The notes: generated by a model from the letters alone, not told the origin. Numbered from the stretch's first letter, positions 50,351 to 60,556 are shown. The stretch: DNA of 64,000 nucleotides from an uncultured Ruminococcus sp. (GCA_949291345.1 CASEVP010000014.1:6457-70456), one strand, 5' to 3'. Numbers and translations are program-made.

Positions 50351-51433
50351 ATGAAAAAAGCATTGATTGCCATGAGCGGCGGTGTTGACAGTTCTGTTGC
50401 CGCCTTTCTCATGCAGCAAATGGGATACGACTGCATCGGTGTTACCATGAAATTGTTTGAAAAATCACATATTACAGAAATACAAGAAAAAACCTGTGGT
50501 TCTTCCCAAGATGCAGAAGACGCCAGATTGATAGCCAAACGACTTGGTATGCCATTCTATCTGTTCGATTTTACTGATATATTTGAAGAAAAAGTCATAA
50601 AACGGTTTACAAACGCATATGAACATGGCTGGACGCCTAACCCTTGCATCGACTGCAACCGCCATCTGAAATTTGATCAGCTTTTCCTTCGCATGCAGGA
50701 AATGCAGCTAAATACAATCGTTACCGGACACTATGCACAGGTTGTCTATGACGCACCCTCCGGAAGATATTTACTGAAAAAAGGTGCGGATCAAAGCAAA
50801 GATCAGAGCTACGTACTCTATAACCTAAAACAAAATCAATTAGCACATATCCAATTTCCAATAGGAAAATTGCCCAAAACACAAGTACGGAAAATTGCAG
50901 AACAAAACGGATTTGTCAATGCAGCAAAACCAGACAGTCAAGACATTTGCTTTATTCCAGACAATGATTATGCCGGTTTTATTGAACGATACACCGGAAA
51001 AAAATCGGAACCAGGCAATTTTCTTAATACTGCCGGAGAAGTCATCGGCACCCATAAAGGCGTTATTTACTACACCATTGGACAACGCCGGGGACTCGGG
51101 ATTTCTGCGCCGGAGCCACTGTATGTATGCAGTATCTCTCTGAAAGACAACACTGTGACATTGGGCTATCGGGAAGACCTTTATGCGACGGGACTAACAG
51201 CAACAGATGTCAATATGATCTCCTGCGAAACCCTTCCAGAACCAACGGCAGTAGAAGCCAAAATTCGATACCGTCAGCCAGCACAGCCGGCTACAGCATG
51301 GCAGTCAGAAGACGGATGTCTGCATGTAAAGTTTCAACAGCCTCAGCGTGCCATCACATGCGGACAAGCGGTTGTCCTGTACCAAGGCGATACGGTCGTG
51401 GGCGGCGGCACCATTTGCAATGTACATTCCTGA
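50351..51433 (+). CDS. mnmA: tRNA 2-thiouridine(34) synthase
   Basis: AMSGGVDSS, TPNPCIDCN, TGHYA, KDQSY, DSQDICF, TIGQRRG. Confidence 0.97.
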   Translation: MKKALIAMSGGVDSSVAAFLMQQMGYDCIGVTMKLFEKSHITEIQEKTCGSSQDAEDARLIAKRLGMPFYLFDFTDIFEEKVIKRFTNAYEHGWTPNPCIDCNRHLKFDQLFLRMQEMQLNTIVTGHYAQVVYDAPSGRYLLKKGADQSKDQSYVLYNLKQNQLAHIQFPIGKLPKTQVRKIAEQNGFVNAAKPDSQDICFIPDNDYAGFIERYTGKKSEPGNFLNTAGEVIGTHKGVIYYTIGQRRGLGISAPEPLYVCSISLKDNTVTLGYREDLYATGLTATDVNMISCETLPEPTAVEAKIRYRQPAQPATAWQSEDGCLHVKFQQPQRAITCGQAVVLYQGDTVVGGGTICNVHS

Positions 51434-51505
51434 CAGCAACAGAATGCAACCTTCTGCGAAATGACAGAATTTCGCAAAATAAATTGAAGAAAGCGTGTAA
51501 CAAGC

Positions 51506-53854
51506 ATGACATTAAATGAATTAAAACGTGGAAAATCTGCGTATGTGGTATCAGTGGGCGGTAACGGTGCATTACGGCAGCATTTTCTGGATATGGGCAT
51601 CATTCCTGGTGCTGAAATCACTATGGTAAAACTGGCTCCCATGGGGGATCCCATGGAATTACGAATTCACAGCTATGAACTGACGCTCCGGCTTGCAGAC
51701 GCCGCACAAATTAAAATAGAAAATGTGCATGATGCAAAGGCACCAAAAGGACAAAACATTCGAAAAAAAGTGGTAAACCATCCCGGTTTGGGCGAAGGCG
51801 GTAAATTCCACGTTAAAGCGGATGAACATCCCCTTCCGGAAGGAACAACAATCACATTTGCTCTTGCCGGCAACCAAAACTGTGGAAAAACTACATTGTT
51901 TAACCGCTTAACAGGATCCAATCAACATGTAGGAAATTTCCCCGGCGTAACAGTGGATCGTAAAGACGGGGAAATCCGTGGACATGAAAATACACTAGTA
52001 ACTGACTTGCCTGGAATATACTCTATGTCCCCCTATACCAACGAAGAAATCGTTACACGGCAATTCGTTCTGGAAGAAAAACCAAAAGGCATCATCAACA
52101 TTGCTGATGCCACCAATATTGAACGAAATCTTTATCTAACTATGCAGTTGATGGAACTGGATATTCCTATGGTGCTGGCATTAAACATGATGGACGAAGT
52201 TCGTGAAAACGGCGGTTCAATTCTTGTCAATGAAATGGAGGCACGGCTGGGGATCCCAGTGGTTCCCATCTCTGCCGCAAAAAACGAAGGAATTGATGAA
52301 CTGATTGATCATGCCATTCATGTAGCACAATACCAAGAACGGCCCGGACGCATTGACTTCTGCCGAGAATCGGATGACGGCGGTGCAGTACACCGTTGTC
52401 TCCATGCCATTATGCACACGATAGAAGACCATGCCAAATTTGCCGGCATACCTGTTCGTTTCGCTGCTGCAAAACTGGTCGAGGGAGATACGTTAATCAT
52501 GGAAAAGCTCGACCTTACCCAGAACGAAAAAGAACTGCTTGAACACATTATTGTTCAAATGGAAGAAGAACGCGGTCTGGACCGAGCTGCTGCCATCGCT
52601 GATATGAGATTCAAATTTATTGAAAGCATCTGCAGCGAAACGGTCATTAAACCGCAGGAGAGCAAAGAGCACATACGAAGCACCAGAATTGACAAAATTC
52701 TTACCGGAAAATTCACCGCTATTCCCGGTTTTATTCTAATCATGGCACTGGTATTCTTTCTCACTTTCCATGTCATAGGTGCCGCACTCTCCAGTGTTCT
52801 GGAATGGTTAATTGATTTTGCAACAGATAAAGTAGATGCTCTCCTAACTGCATCGAATGTCAATGATGTGCTCCACGCACTCATTATTGACGGCATTTTT
52901 AATGGTGTAGGCAGCGTTTTAAGCTTTTTACCCACCATTGTCACTCTCTTCTTCTTCCTCTCTCTTTTGGAAGACAGCGGTTATATGGCACGTGTTGCGT
53001 TTGTTATGGACAAACTTCTGCGAAAAATTGGACTTTCTGGTCGCAGCATTGTTCCCATGCTGATTGGTTTCGGATGCACAGTGCCAGGTGTAATGGCAAC
53101 TCGAACACTTCCTTCTGAACGAGACCGCAAAATGACCATTCTCCTGACTCCGTTCATGAGTTGTTCTGCAAAACTGCCGATATACCTCTTCTTTACTGCG
53201 GCATTCTTTCCCAAATGGGGTGGACTTGTTATGGTCATTCTCTATTTTGGGGGTATATTATTGGGAATTCTTACTGCTCTTCTCATGAAAAACACACTTT
53301 TTAAAGGAAATGCGGTTCCCTTTGTCATGGAACTACCAAACTATCGTATGCCAAGTTTAAAAAATGTGGGGCAACTGCTGTGGGAAAAAGCAAAGGATTT
53401 CTTACAACGTGCCTTTACTGTAATATTTATTGGCACAATCGTTATCTGGTTCCTACAAACCTTTGATTCACACTTGAACGTTGTATCTGATTCACAAAAC
53501 AGTCTACTCGCCTCTGTCGCTGGCATCGTTGCACCGATTTTTCAGCCACTTGGATTTGGCGACTGGCGAATCTCTACCGCTCTTATCTCTGGTTTTATCG
53601 CTAAAGAAAGCGTGGTTTCTACACTCTCTGTCTTATTTGGATCTACTTCCAGTTTGATGGAAGTACTCACGCCGCTCGCCGCTGTCTCTCTTCTGGTCTT
53701 CTGCCTGCTGTATACCCCATGCGTTGCCGCTATTGCCGCCATACGCCGGGAACTTGGCAGCAAATGGGCTATTTTTGTTGTAGTCATGCAATGCGTCATC
53801 GCCTGGGTGGCTGCATCTGTTGTGCATCTGATCGGACTTCTTATTGTGGGGTGA
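51506..53854 (+). CDS. feoB: Ferrous iron transporter, FeoA-FeoB fusion
   Basis: N-terminal FeoA (DMGIIPG, APMGDP), GNQNCGKT, GNFPGVTV, DLPG, NMMD, LEDSGY, PFMSCSAKL. Confidence 0.96.
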   Translation: MTLNELKRGKSAYVVSVGGNGALRQHFLDMGIIPGAEITMVKLAPMGDPMELRIHSYELTLRLADAAQIKIENVHDAKAPKGQNIRKKVVNHPGLGEGGKFHVKADEHPLPEGTTITFALAGNQNCGKTTLFNRLTGSNQHVGNFPGVTVDRKDGEIRGHENTLVTDLPGIYSMSPYTNEEIVTRQFVLEEKPKGIINIADATNIERNLYLTMQLMELDIPMVLALNMMDEVRENGGSILVNEMEARLGIPVVPISAAKNEGIDELIDHAIHVAQYQERPGRIDFCRESDDGGAVHRCLHAIMHTIEDHAKFAGIPVRFAAAKLVEGDTLIMEKLDLTQNEKELLEHIIVQMEEERGLDRAAAIADMRFKFIESICSETVIKPQESKEHIRSTRIDKILTGKFTAIPGFILIMALVFFLTFHVIGAALSSVLEWLIDFATDKVDALLTASNVNDVLHALIIDGIFNGVGSVLSFLPTIVTLFFFLSLLEDSGYMARVAFVMDKLLRKIGLSGRSIVPMLIGFGCTVPGVMATRTLPSERDRKMTILLTPFMSCSAKLPIYLFFTAAFFPKWGGLVMVILYFGGILLGILTALLMKNTLFKGNAVPFVMELPNYRMPSLKNVGQLLWEKAKDFLQRAFTVIFIGTIVIWFLQTFDSHLNVVSDSQNSLLASVAGIVAPIFQPLGFGDWRISTALISGFIAKESVVSTLSVLFGSTSSLMEVLTPLAAVSLLVFCLLYTPCVAAIAAIRRELGSKWAIFVVVMQCVIAWVAASVVHLIGLLIVG

Positions 53855-53860
53855 TATTTT

Positions 53861-54001
53861 ATGTCTGCAGGTGATGTTATACTTATTCTGTCTCTTATAG
53901 TGGCAGTTATTGCTGCCATAAGGTGTATTTTAAAAGGTAAAACCGGCTCCTGTACCCGCTGTACCGGCAATTGCAGTAATTGTCGGCGCCATTCCAAATA
54001 A
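53861..54001 (+). CDS. FeoB-associated Cys-rich membrane peptide (46 aa)
   Basis: Not in the track; MSAGDVILILSLIVAVIAAIRCILKGKTGSCTRCTGNCSNCRRHSK starting 6 nt after the feoB stop. Confidence 0.82.
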   Translation: MSAGDVILILSLIVAVIAAIRCILKGKTGSCTRCTGNCSNCRRHSK

Positions 54002-54091
54002 CAAACCCAAAACATCCACACAGTACGTGAGACATATGACAAGCTATGTTCGCATACTATAAAGCAACGTGGATATATGGCAAAGAAGTGC

Positions 54092-54127
54092 AAAAAAGCG
54101 ATATGGTATTAAAACCATATCGCTTTT
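54092..54127. terminator. Bidirectional terminator between the feo genes and gap
   Basis: AAAAAAGCGATATGGT...ACCATATCGCTTTT. Confidence 0.8.
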
Positions 54128-54178
54128 GAAACAGATTTTTATAAATCTGCATAGCTTTGTATTGCCATACACGAAAAC

Positions 54179-55216
54179 TTATGCCAACTCTGCAAAATAC
54201 TTGATTGTACGAACCATCTGGCTGGTATAGCTGTTTTCGTTGTCATACCAAGAAACAACCTGTACTTCATACAGATCATCAGAAATCTTGGAAACCATAG
54301 TTTGTGTTGCATCAAACAACGAACCATAGCGCATGCCGATTACGTCAGAAGAAACAATTGGCTCTTCGTTATAACCATAAGACTCTGTAGCAGCAGCCTT
54401 CATTGCAGCGTTAATACCATCAACAGTTACGTCTGCGCCCTTTACAACAGCAGTCAAAATTGTAGTAGAACCAGTCGGAACCGGTACACGCTGTGCAGAA
54501 CCAATCAGCTTACCATTCAGTTCCGGAATAACCAAACCAATTGCCTTAGCAGCACCAGTGGAGTTCGGAACAATGTTTGCAGCACCTGCTCTTGCTCTTC
54601 TCAGATCGCCCTTTCTGTGCGGACCATCCAAGATCATCTGGTCGCCGGTATAAGCGTGAATGGTGCTCATAATGCCGCTCTGGATCGGAGCATAATCATT
54701 CAGAGCCTTAGCCATCGGAGCCAGACAGTTTGTCGTACAGGATGCAGCAGAAATAATCTTATCATCAGCTGTCAGAGTTTCATGGTTTACATTGTAAACG
54801 ATTGTCGGCAGATCATTGCCAGCCGGAGCAGAAATAACAACCTTCTTTGCACCTGCATCAATGTGTGCCTGTGCCTTAGCCTTAGAAGTATAAAAACCGG
54901 TGCACTCCAGAACAACATCTACACCAATTTCACCCCACGGCAATTCTGCAGCGTTAGCCATAGCATAAATCTTCAGAGTCTTGCCATCTACCGTAATTGT
55001 GCCTGCTTCATCATCAGCAGTAACAGTGTGCAGATTTTCACCGATTCTGCCTGCATAACCACCCTGTGCAGTATCATACTTCAGCAGGTGCGCCAGCATA
55101 GAAGGCTTTGTCAGGTCGTTAATTGCAACAACCTCATAACCTTCTGCACCGAACATCTGACGGAACGCAAGACGACCAATACGGCCAAAACCATTAATAG
55201 CAACTTTTACTGACAT
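54179..55216 (-). CDS. gap: Type I glyceraldehyde-3-phosphate dehydrogenase
   Basis: [25 protein letters not shown]. Confidence 0.98.
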   Translation of the reverse strand: MSVKVAINGFGRIGRLAFRQMFGAEGYEVVAINDLTKPSMLAHLLKYDTAQGGYAGRIGENLHTVTADDEAGTITVDGKTLKIYAMANAAELPWGEIGVDVVLECTGFYTSKAKAQAHIDAGAKKVVISAPAGNDLPTIVYNVNHETLTADDKIISAASCTTNCLAPMAKALNDYAPIQSGIMSTIHAYTGDQMILDGPHRKGDLRRARAGAANIVPNSTGAAKAIGLVIPELNGKLIGSAQRVPVPTGSTTILTAVVKGADVTVDGINAAMKAAATESYGYNEEPIVSSDVIGMRYGSLFDATQTMVSKISDDLYEVQVVSWYDNENSYTSQMVRTIKYFAELA

Positions 55217-55699
55217 TGGAATTACCTCCTAAATTTTTATACTCTTATTTTACACCATATTGAAGAGAAATTCAAGCACTTTCTGAAAAAAAGCTATTGT
55301 TCTTTCTACAAGTTCTCCTATTTTATACATTTTGAGCAAAATATCGATTTATGTTTTGTTTATTTTACACAAATCGAAGAGATGAAACAAAAATATTGGA
55401 TTTTTTATTTTCATATTCCCAATTATGTAGTATAATATAATAGTAAAATTACGCTCTGCGCAAGGCAAGCGCAATCACTTTAGAAATTTCCCATGCAGAA
55501 GAATCTCCGGTCATTTCCAATATTTACCGGTAACAATCTTGCATCTCGAAATCAATTCAGCACAGTGATACCGTATGGTCAAAATCGGCGATTGAACATT
55601 TTTTATAATAGTTATGGCATTATATGGCATATGGAAAAAACCATGACCATGTGATGCTTTTGTAAAGTGTCAAATAATAGCAGAGCAGGGAGGCGGCAT

Positions 55700-56776
55700 A
55701 TGCAGCAATCAGAATTACAATGGTTTCAAAAATGGTATCAAGATTCCATGGATCACATTTTACTCTACGACAATTCCGAACATCCTGTCTGTGTATGGAA
55801 AAATCGAAATTTTCCTTTTCAATCTGTACTTTTTAACATTCTCACCAACACAGATATCCACAAATCTTCTTCTACATTACACCCTTTCGGCGGCAATTTG
55901 CACAATCTCACCATACATCCATGTACGCTGGATCAGGTCTCCTATCGCTTTGTACAGGTCAACGCTCTTCCGTTGCAGCAGCTCCAGTGGCAGAGCACAG
56001 ACTGGCGACATCAGACTGAAAACAAAATTGCAGCCATGCGACAGCAGATTTTTGGCATTTCTAACGCTGTTTCTGCATTATACGAAGGGCTTGACGACTG
56101 CAAGGATGAAGGCGCTTCTATGCTTTTGGAAGAACAATGGCAGCAACTCAACATTATCAAGGGAAATTGTTGCAGATTGATGCAGCCCACTGTTTACCTA
56201 TTGGAGCAGTGTAAATACTACCATCATCAAGAAATTACCGGAGAGGTTATTTTTCTTGACCATGAATTGTCGAATTTTGTCGTTTCTTGTCGAAATGTGT
56301 TGGGGAATTTTTTAAAAATGTCCATCATAAGCGATAAACATCTCTGCATTTATACCAACCGAAAGCGCCTACAGAATGTTTTGCTCTGTCTTATACTACA
56401 AAGCAGAGCAGAGCATCCAAACATCACACAAATGCAATGGAAGGCTTCTACAGAGGACGAATCCGTGCTACTGCATTGTACTTGTGCAGCAACGGGAGCG
56501 GAAGCATCAGTTTCACGGCACAGCACAGCTGAAGTACTGTATCAAACCAATCTCGCAGAACCGTATCAGACAATTATTTCCTTGTTCTGTCAAACGTATC
56601 ATGTTTCCATTTTGTATGCAAACACAGATGATTCATATATTTTCACCTTACGGTTTCCAAAGCATCAACCCGGAAAATCATTTACTTTACAAAGTTCTGC
56701 TTCGATCATTCAGCATGAGTCTTTTTCTCCTTTTCAAATCTTTTTATCAGACATTTCTGGTTACCGTTTTTACTAA
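55700..56776 (+). CDS. Hypothetical protein, possibly a degenerate histidine-kinase fold
   Basis: Long ORF with GGAGG RBS; weak resemblance to HisKA/HATPase spacing without the catalytic motifs. Confidence 0.6.
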   Translation: MQQSELQWFQKWYQDSMDHILLYDNSEHPVCVWKNRNFPFQSVLFNILTNTDIHKSSSTLHPFGGNLHNLTIHPCTLDQVSYRFVQVNALPLQQLQWQSTDWRHQTENKIAAMRQQIFGISNAVSALYEGLDDCKDEGASMLLEEQWQQLNIIKGNCCRLMQPTVYLLEQCKYYHHQEITGEVIFLDHELSNFVVSCRNVLGNFLKMSIISDKHLCIYTNRKRLQNVLLCLILQSRAEHPNITQMQWKASTEDESVLLHCTCAATGAEASVSRHSTAEVLYQTNLAEPYQTIISLFCQTYHVSILYANTDDSYIFTLRFPKHQPGKSFTLQSSASIIQHESFSPFQIFLSDISGYRFY

Positions 56777-56809
56777 AGCAAAACATTACAAAATTTATAA
56801 TATTATAAT

Positions 56810-56861
56810 AAAAAGCAGTACCGTATGGAAAAACTAACGTCTTAAACGGTACTGCTTTTTT
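56810..56861. terminator. Bidirectional terminator
   Basis: AAAAAGCAGTACCGT...ACGGTACTGCTTTTTT between convergent genes. Confidence 0.75.
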
Positions 56862-56954
56862 ATGATATTTAAAATGACAGGCAAGCGAACTGCTTTCTAT
56901 TTGAAAAAGCCTAATCGAAGATCTGCATATCTATTTATTTTATGTATGCAAACT

Positions 56955-57830
56955 CTAATTAGAATCCGATTCATTGGTTGTACCAGTGTTATCCGTACTA
57001 TTGGTATCAGACGGAACATCGACCAAAATAGATGAATCAGAAGAAACCACATTAGGATATTTTCCATCCCATTTTTCTATCTGTTGATAACGCAAAACAT
57101 TTTCACTTAATGACTCATTAAGTTTTTGATTGGCTTCTGCTTCTGCTTCGGCTTTTTGACGGATAGCATCAGCCTCTGCCTGTGCTGCAATCACTTTTCT
57201 CTCTGCTTCTGCCTCAGCCTCTATGATTTTCTGTTCCTTTTCTGTTTCTGCACGTAGCTTATTTTGTTCTGCCACCTGTTTTTGTTCAATTGCAGCATTA
57301 AATTCTTCTGAGAAGTCAAAGTTCACAATATTAAATTTATCAATAATAATGCCGTATTCTGATACCTTCTTTGACAACGTCTGGCCAATCTCGTCACCCA
57401 CTGCAGAACGTTTTGTGATCAATTCTTCTGCGGTATACTGTGCAGTTACTGCCTTAACCGCCTCTTGAATGGCGGGCTGCAGCACTGTATCTGCATATTG
57501 TTCTCCAATCCTCTTGTATATTTTGGCAGATGCATCCTGCGTTACATGATAATTGATTGCCACACCGCTGGAAACCGTCTGCAAGTCACGGGACACGCTA
57601 TTGGAATTGATTTCGGTTTTCTGAATCTTATTATTCATAACAACCACTTGCTGCGCAAACGGAATTTTGAAATGCAACCCCTCTGACAAAACCCGATCAC
57701 TTACTTTACCCACTGTAACCACTACGCCGGTATGTCCTGCCGGTACAATAGTTAGTGCACTGCACAAAACCACTACAATCACCAAAACAATCGCTGCTGC
57801 CGTAATCCAAATTTTTGTTTTTCTTTTCAT
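56955..57830 (-). CDS. SPFH/prohibitin family protein
   Basis: TM then IVPAGHTGVV, EGLHFKIPF, SRDLQ, FNAAIEQKQVAEQ. Confidence 0.92.
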   Translation of the reverse strand: MKRKTKIWITAAAIVLVIVVVLCSALTIVPAGHTGVVVTVGKVSDRVLSEGLHFKIPFAQQVVVMNNKIQKTEINSNSVSRDLQTVSSGVAINYHVTQDASAKIYKRIGEQYADTVLQPAIQEAVKAVTAQYTAEELITKRSAVGDEIGQTLSKKVSEYGIIIDKFNIVNFDFSEEFNAAIEQKQVAEQNKLRAETEKEQKIIEAEAEAERKVIAAQAEADAIRQKAEAEAEANQKLNESLSENVLRYQQIEKWDGKYPNVVSSDSSILVDVPSDTNSTDNTGTTNESDSN

Positions 57831-57891
57831 CAAGCCGCATACCCCCAAAACAATATTTTTTATATTTTACCCTATTATAATTATCTATAGA

Positions 57892-58707
57892 TTATTCCCA
57901 CTCTGGTGATTCTCCAGAGGACTGCATCGCATAATATCGCAGCGTTTTGAATGCATCCAATGTATCTGCTTCTCCATCCTTGTTCACATCTGCCGCAGCA
58001 AATGCGGCATTTTCCGCTTTCAGAGAAGTTCCGTCTGTGAACATAACATCTGTATATCCAGCCGCCTTTTGTGCATAATACTCCAAAACTGCAAATGCAT
58101 CAAATGTGTCGATATTTCCATCGACGTTTATATCCCCCAGTGTATAGGATAAATATGTTAGCTTTACTTCTGCACTGCCCTGCCATACCTTCGGTTCACT
58201 GTCGATAGTTGTCGTTTCAGTTGCAACTTCTGTCACATTTCTGGACTCTCCTTCTTCAGAAGTTACCGTCAGCTCATATGCCGAAGTTCCATATTCCAAA
58301 GAAAATCCCGGATCCAACACAATAAATGCCGGTGCCGTATATTGGCACTGACTGTCCTTTTCATCTATCACAGTAAAGGTAAAGGAAGATACATAAGGCA
58401 TTTCACTACCCTGCTGTTCTATATTAAATTCACAGCTGTCCAGTGAAAAAGCATATGTACCGCTTTCCTCCAGCAAAGTATTGTAATAAGCAATAACACC
58501 ATCCGGCGTATGTTTTTCCACAATCACTCGAATCTCTCTGTCACCAGTTATTGTAACTTCCAGCATACCGGCATGATCCGATAAATACGCACTGTCCGGA
58601 ATCAAAATACTTTCTCCCGCCTGTGCCGATACTTGAGCCGTTGGCAACATCCCACCAAGTATTGCAGCTGTCAAAATACACGCTAGTTTTCGATATGTTC
58701 TTTTCAA
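57892..58707 (-). CDS. Secreted protein with C-terminal dockerin
   Basis: Signal peptide (QVSA), duplicated Ca-binding loops GDINVDGNIDTFDA...YYA and ADVNKDGEADTLDA...YYA. Confidence 0.88.
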   Translation of the reverse strand: MKRTYRKLACILTAAILGGMLPTAQVSAQAGESILIPDSAYLSDHAGMLEVTITGDREIRVIVEKHTPDGVIAYYNTLLEESGTYAFSLDSCEFNIEQQGSEMPYVSSFTFTVIDEKDSQCQYTAPAFIVLDPGFSLEYGTSAYELTVTSEEGESRNVTEVATETTTIDSEPKVWQGSAEVKLTYLSYTLGDINVDGNIDTFDAFAVLEYYAQKAAGYTDVMFTDGTSLKAENAAFAAADVNKDGEADTLDAFKTLRYYAMQSSGESPEWE

Positions 58708-59002
58708 TTATTTTCCCTCCGCATTCTATTCGTTACCCATATGGGACTATATACACGACACATACGGCAACAAGAACTGCGCATATCGGAGCTAGATACG
58801 CACTTTTCGAATGTTTTTTAGAATTTTCTATTATAACGTTATCATATTTTAAATCTTTTGTCAAGAGAAATGATAAAGAATCCCCATTTTCATATTAGCA
58901 ACGGCTTAATTATTCTGATTCGTTCAAATAAACAATTTTTAATCCAAAAAAGCTTAACAAAAGAGATTCCATAGTTCTTGCCATGTTCGAAAGAAACTAC
59001 AA

Positions 59003-59031
59003 TTGACATTTCAGACAAAACCTCCTATAAT
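59003..59031 (+). promoter_or_regulatory. Consensus sigma-A promoter about 330 nt upstream of the HAD gene
   Basis: TTGACA-17 nt-TATAAT. Confidence 0.75.
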
Positions 59032-59366
59032 AAGTGTTAGAGTCGCTATTTTTCGTCTTATATGCAGTTTTTCGAACATCATTGCGTGACTGAAAAGACA
59101 AAAAACCACAGGCAGTCTGCTGCCCGGCAACGGTATTCCACGCAGTTCAACAAAAATAATCTCTGTAAATTGTGCGTACGGAAAGAATATTGAACAGGTT
59201 TTTATCACATAACCATATCTTATAAAATCAAAGACGAAATCGTGTCATGATGTACATACATATCTATTTTTTTTGCTCCATCCATAGGAAACACTCGAAA
59301 AACAGACTCAACACGTAAGTTTTAATCAAATTCGTTTGGCGGCACTAAAATAAAGGAGGATGCCAT

Positions 59367-60017
59367 ATGTATCAGCTTGCCATTTTTGATCTGGACGGAA
59401 CGCTGATCAATTCTATTCAGGATTTGGCGAATGCCATAAACTTTTCCCTAGAACAAATGCACTATCCCACCCACCCGCTTAATGCCTTTTATCATTTTGT
59501 AGGAAACGGCGTGCCAAAACTATGCCAACGTGCATTGCCTGACAGTGCATCGCCTGAAGATATTGCAGATCTGCTGAACCGGTTTAATACATATTATCAA
59601 GCACATTGCATGGATTGTACCCGCCCCTATGACGGAATTCCCGAAGTACTGGAGCAATGCAGAAAAAATGGAATTCTTCTTGCTGTAGCATCGAATAAAT
59701 CAAATCCTTTTGTGCAAAAAATTGTAAACACGCTCTTCCCAGGCAACCCATTTGACTTGATTCTGGGAGCATCAAATGAACGTCCCAAAAAGCCGGCACC
59801 AGACATGGTCCTTCATATTATGAACACCTTTCATGTCTCTCCTGCACAAACCATCTACATTGGTGACTCCAACGTCGACATCCAGACTGCGAAAAATGCC
59901 GGTGTTACTTCTGTGGGATGTGTCTGGGGGTTCCGCGGAAAAAATGAACTGGTACTTGCAGGTGCTGACCTGCTGGCGGATACTCCCTCTAATTTGTCAC
60001 AATTCCTGTTATCATAA
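59367..60017 (+). CDS. HAD family hydrolase (phosphoglycolate phosphatase-like)
   Basis: FDLDGTL, ASNK, KKPAP, IGDSNVD. Confidence 0.92.
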   Translation: MYQLAIFDLDGTLINSIQDLANAINFSLEQMHYPTHPLNAFYHFVGNGVPKLCQRALPDSASPEDIADLLNRFNTYYQAHCMDCTRPYDGIPEVLEQCRKNGILLAVASNKSNPFVQKIVNTLFPGNPFDLILGASNERPKKPAPDMVLHIMNTFHVSPAQTIYIGDSNVDIQTAKNAGVTSVGCVWGFRGKNELVLAGADLLADTPSNLSQFLLS

Positions 60018-60067
60018 CCCATTTCGACATTTCTTTTTCTTCTCTTTCGGAGTAATTCGAAAAATAC

Positions 60068-60096
60068 TTGACACATTTTCCTTTTTTCGTTATAAT
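60068..60096 (+). promoter_or_regulatory. Consensus sigma-A promoter with no downstream CDS
   Basis: TTGACA-17 nt-TATAAT. Confidence 0.75.
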
Positions 60097-60101
60097 GAGG
60101 A

Positions 60102-60372
60102 ACAGGATTGCGATTTTGCAGGGAATCCGGAGAACGGTCTCGTGTTCCGCAGCATTCAATTTCGGCAATCCCTGTGATCGCTGTGTAGCGCCGATTTCAT
60201 CCAATAATTGAGAGGAATTGATGACATAATCGTCTTTACGCAGGATTTTTCCTGCTGTGATTCCTTGGAATTCTAAAAAAATTTTTGTTCTACACCGGAA
60301 TCCGCTCTATACAGAAACACAGTGTTTCAAATTATTTTAAAAGCCTTGCCTATCATGACAAGGCTTTTTTTC
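60102..60372 (+). ncRNA. Candidate structured small RNA
   Basis: Bounded by a perfect promoter and the terminator AAAAGCCTTG...CAAGGC-T7; several hairpins; no credible ORF. Confidence 0.45.
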
Positions 60373-60556
60373 TTGCATTTGATCAATTTTCTACTCCTAC
60401 TGCATAAATTGAAAAAGAGAATTCTAAAATTTTTTTCTATTTCAAATTTTTTTAGATAGTAAATTTTGTAATTTTAGTTTTTTAAGCTATTCTTTTATAA
60501 AAATTCTATCTGTAGATTTGCATTTGAAGAAAATAAAATTTCCTGTCACTTTTGCA

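Noticed and set aside
54302-55213. 303-aa plus-strand ORF, and similar antisense ORFs over ftsY, smc, pflB and gdhA
   Set aside because: Shadow frames antisense to conserved, codon-biased genes; no RBS or motifs
59110-59145. SAM-I riboswitch suggested by CCCGGCAAC...TTCC..GCAG
   Set aside because: Lacks the AUC..GAG P1 strand, the GAGGGA...GGCCC kink-turn/pseudoknot and GGUGC
60118-60160. Cobalamin riboswitch or T-box suggested by AGGGAATCCGG
   Set aside because: No GGUG-AA-UCC T-loop, B12 box or T-box bulge, and no directly linked downstream gene
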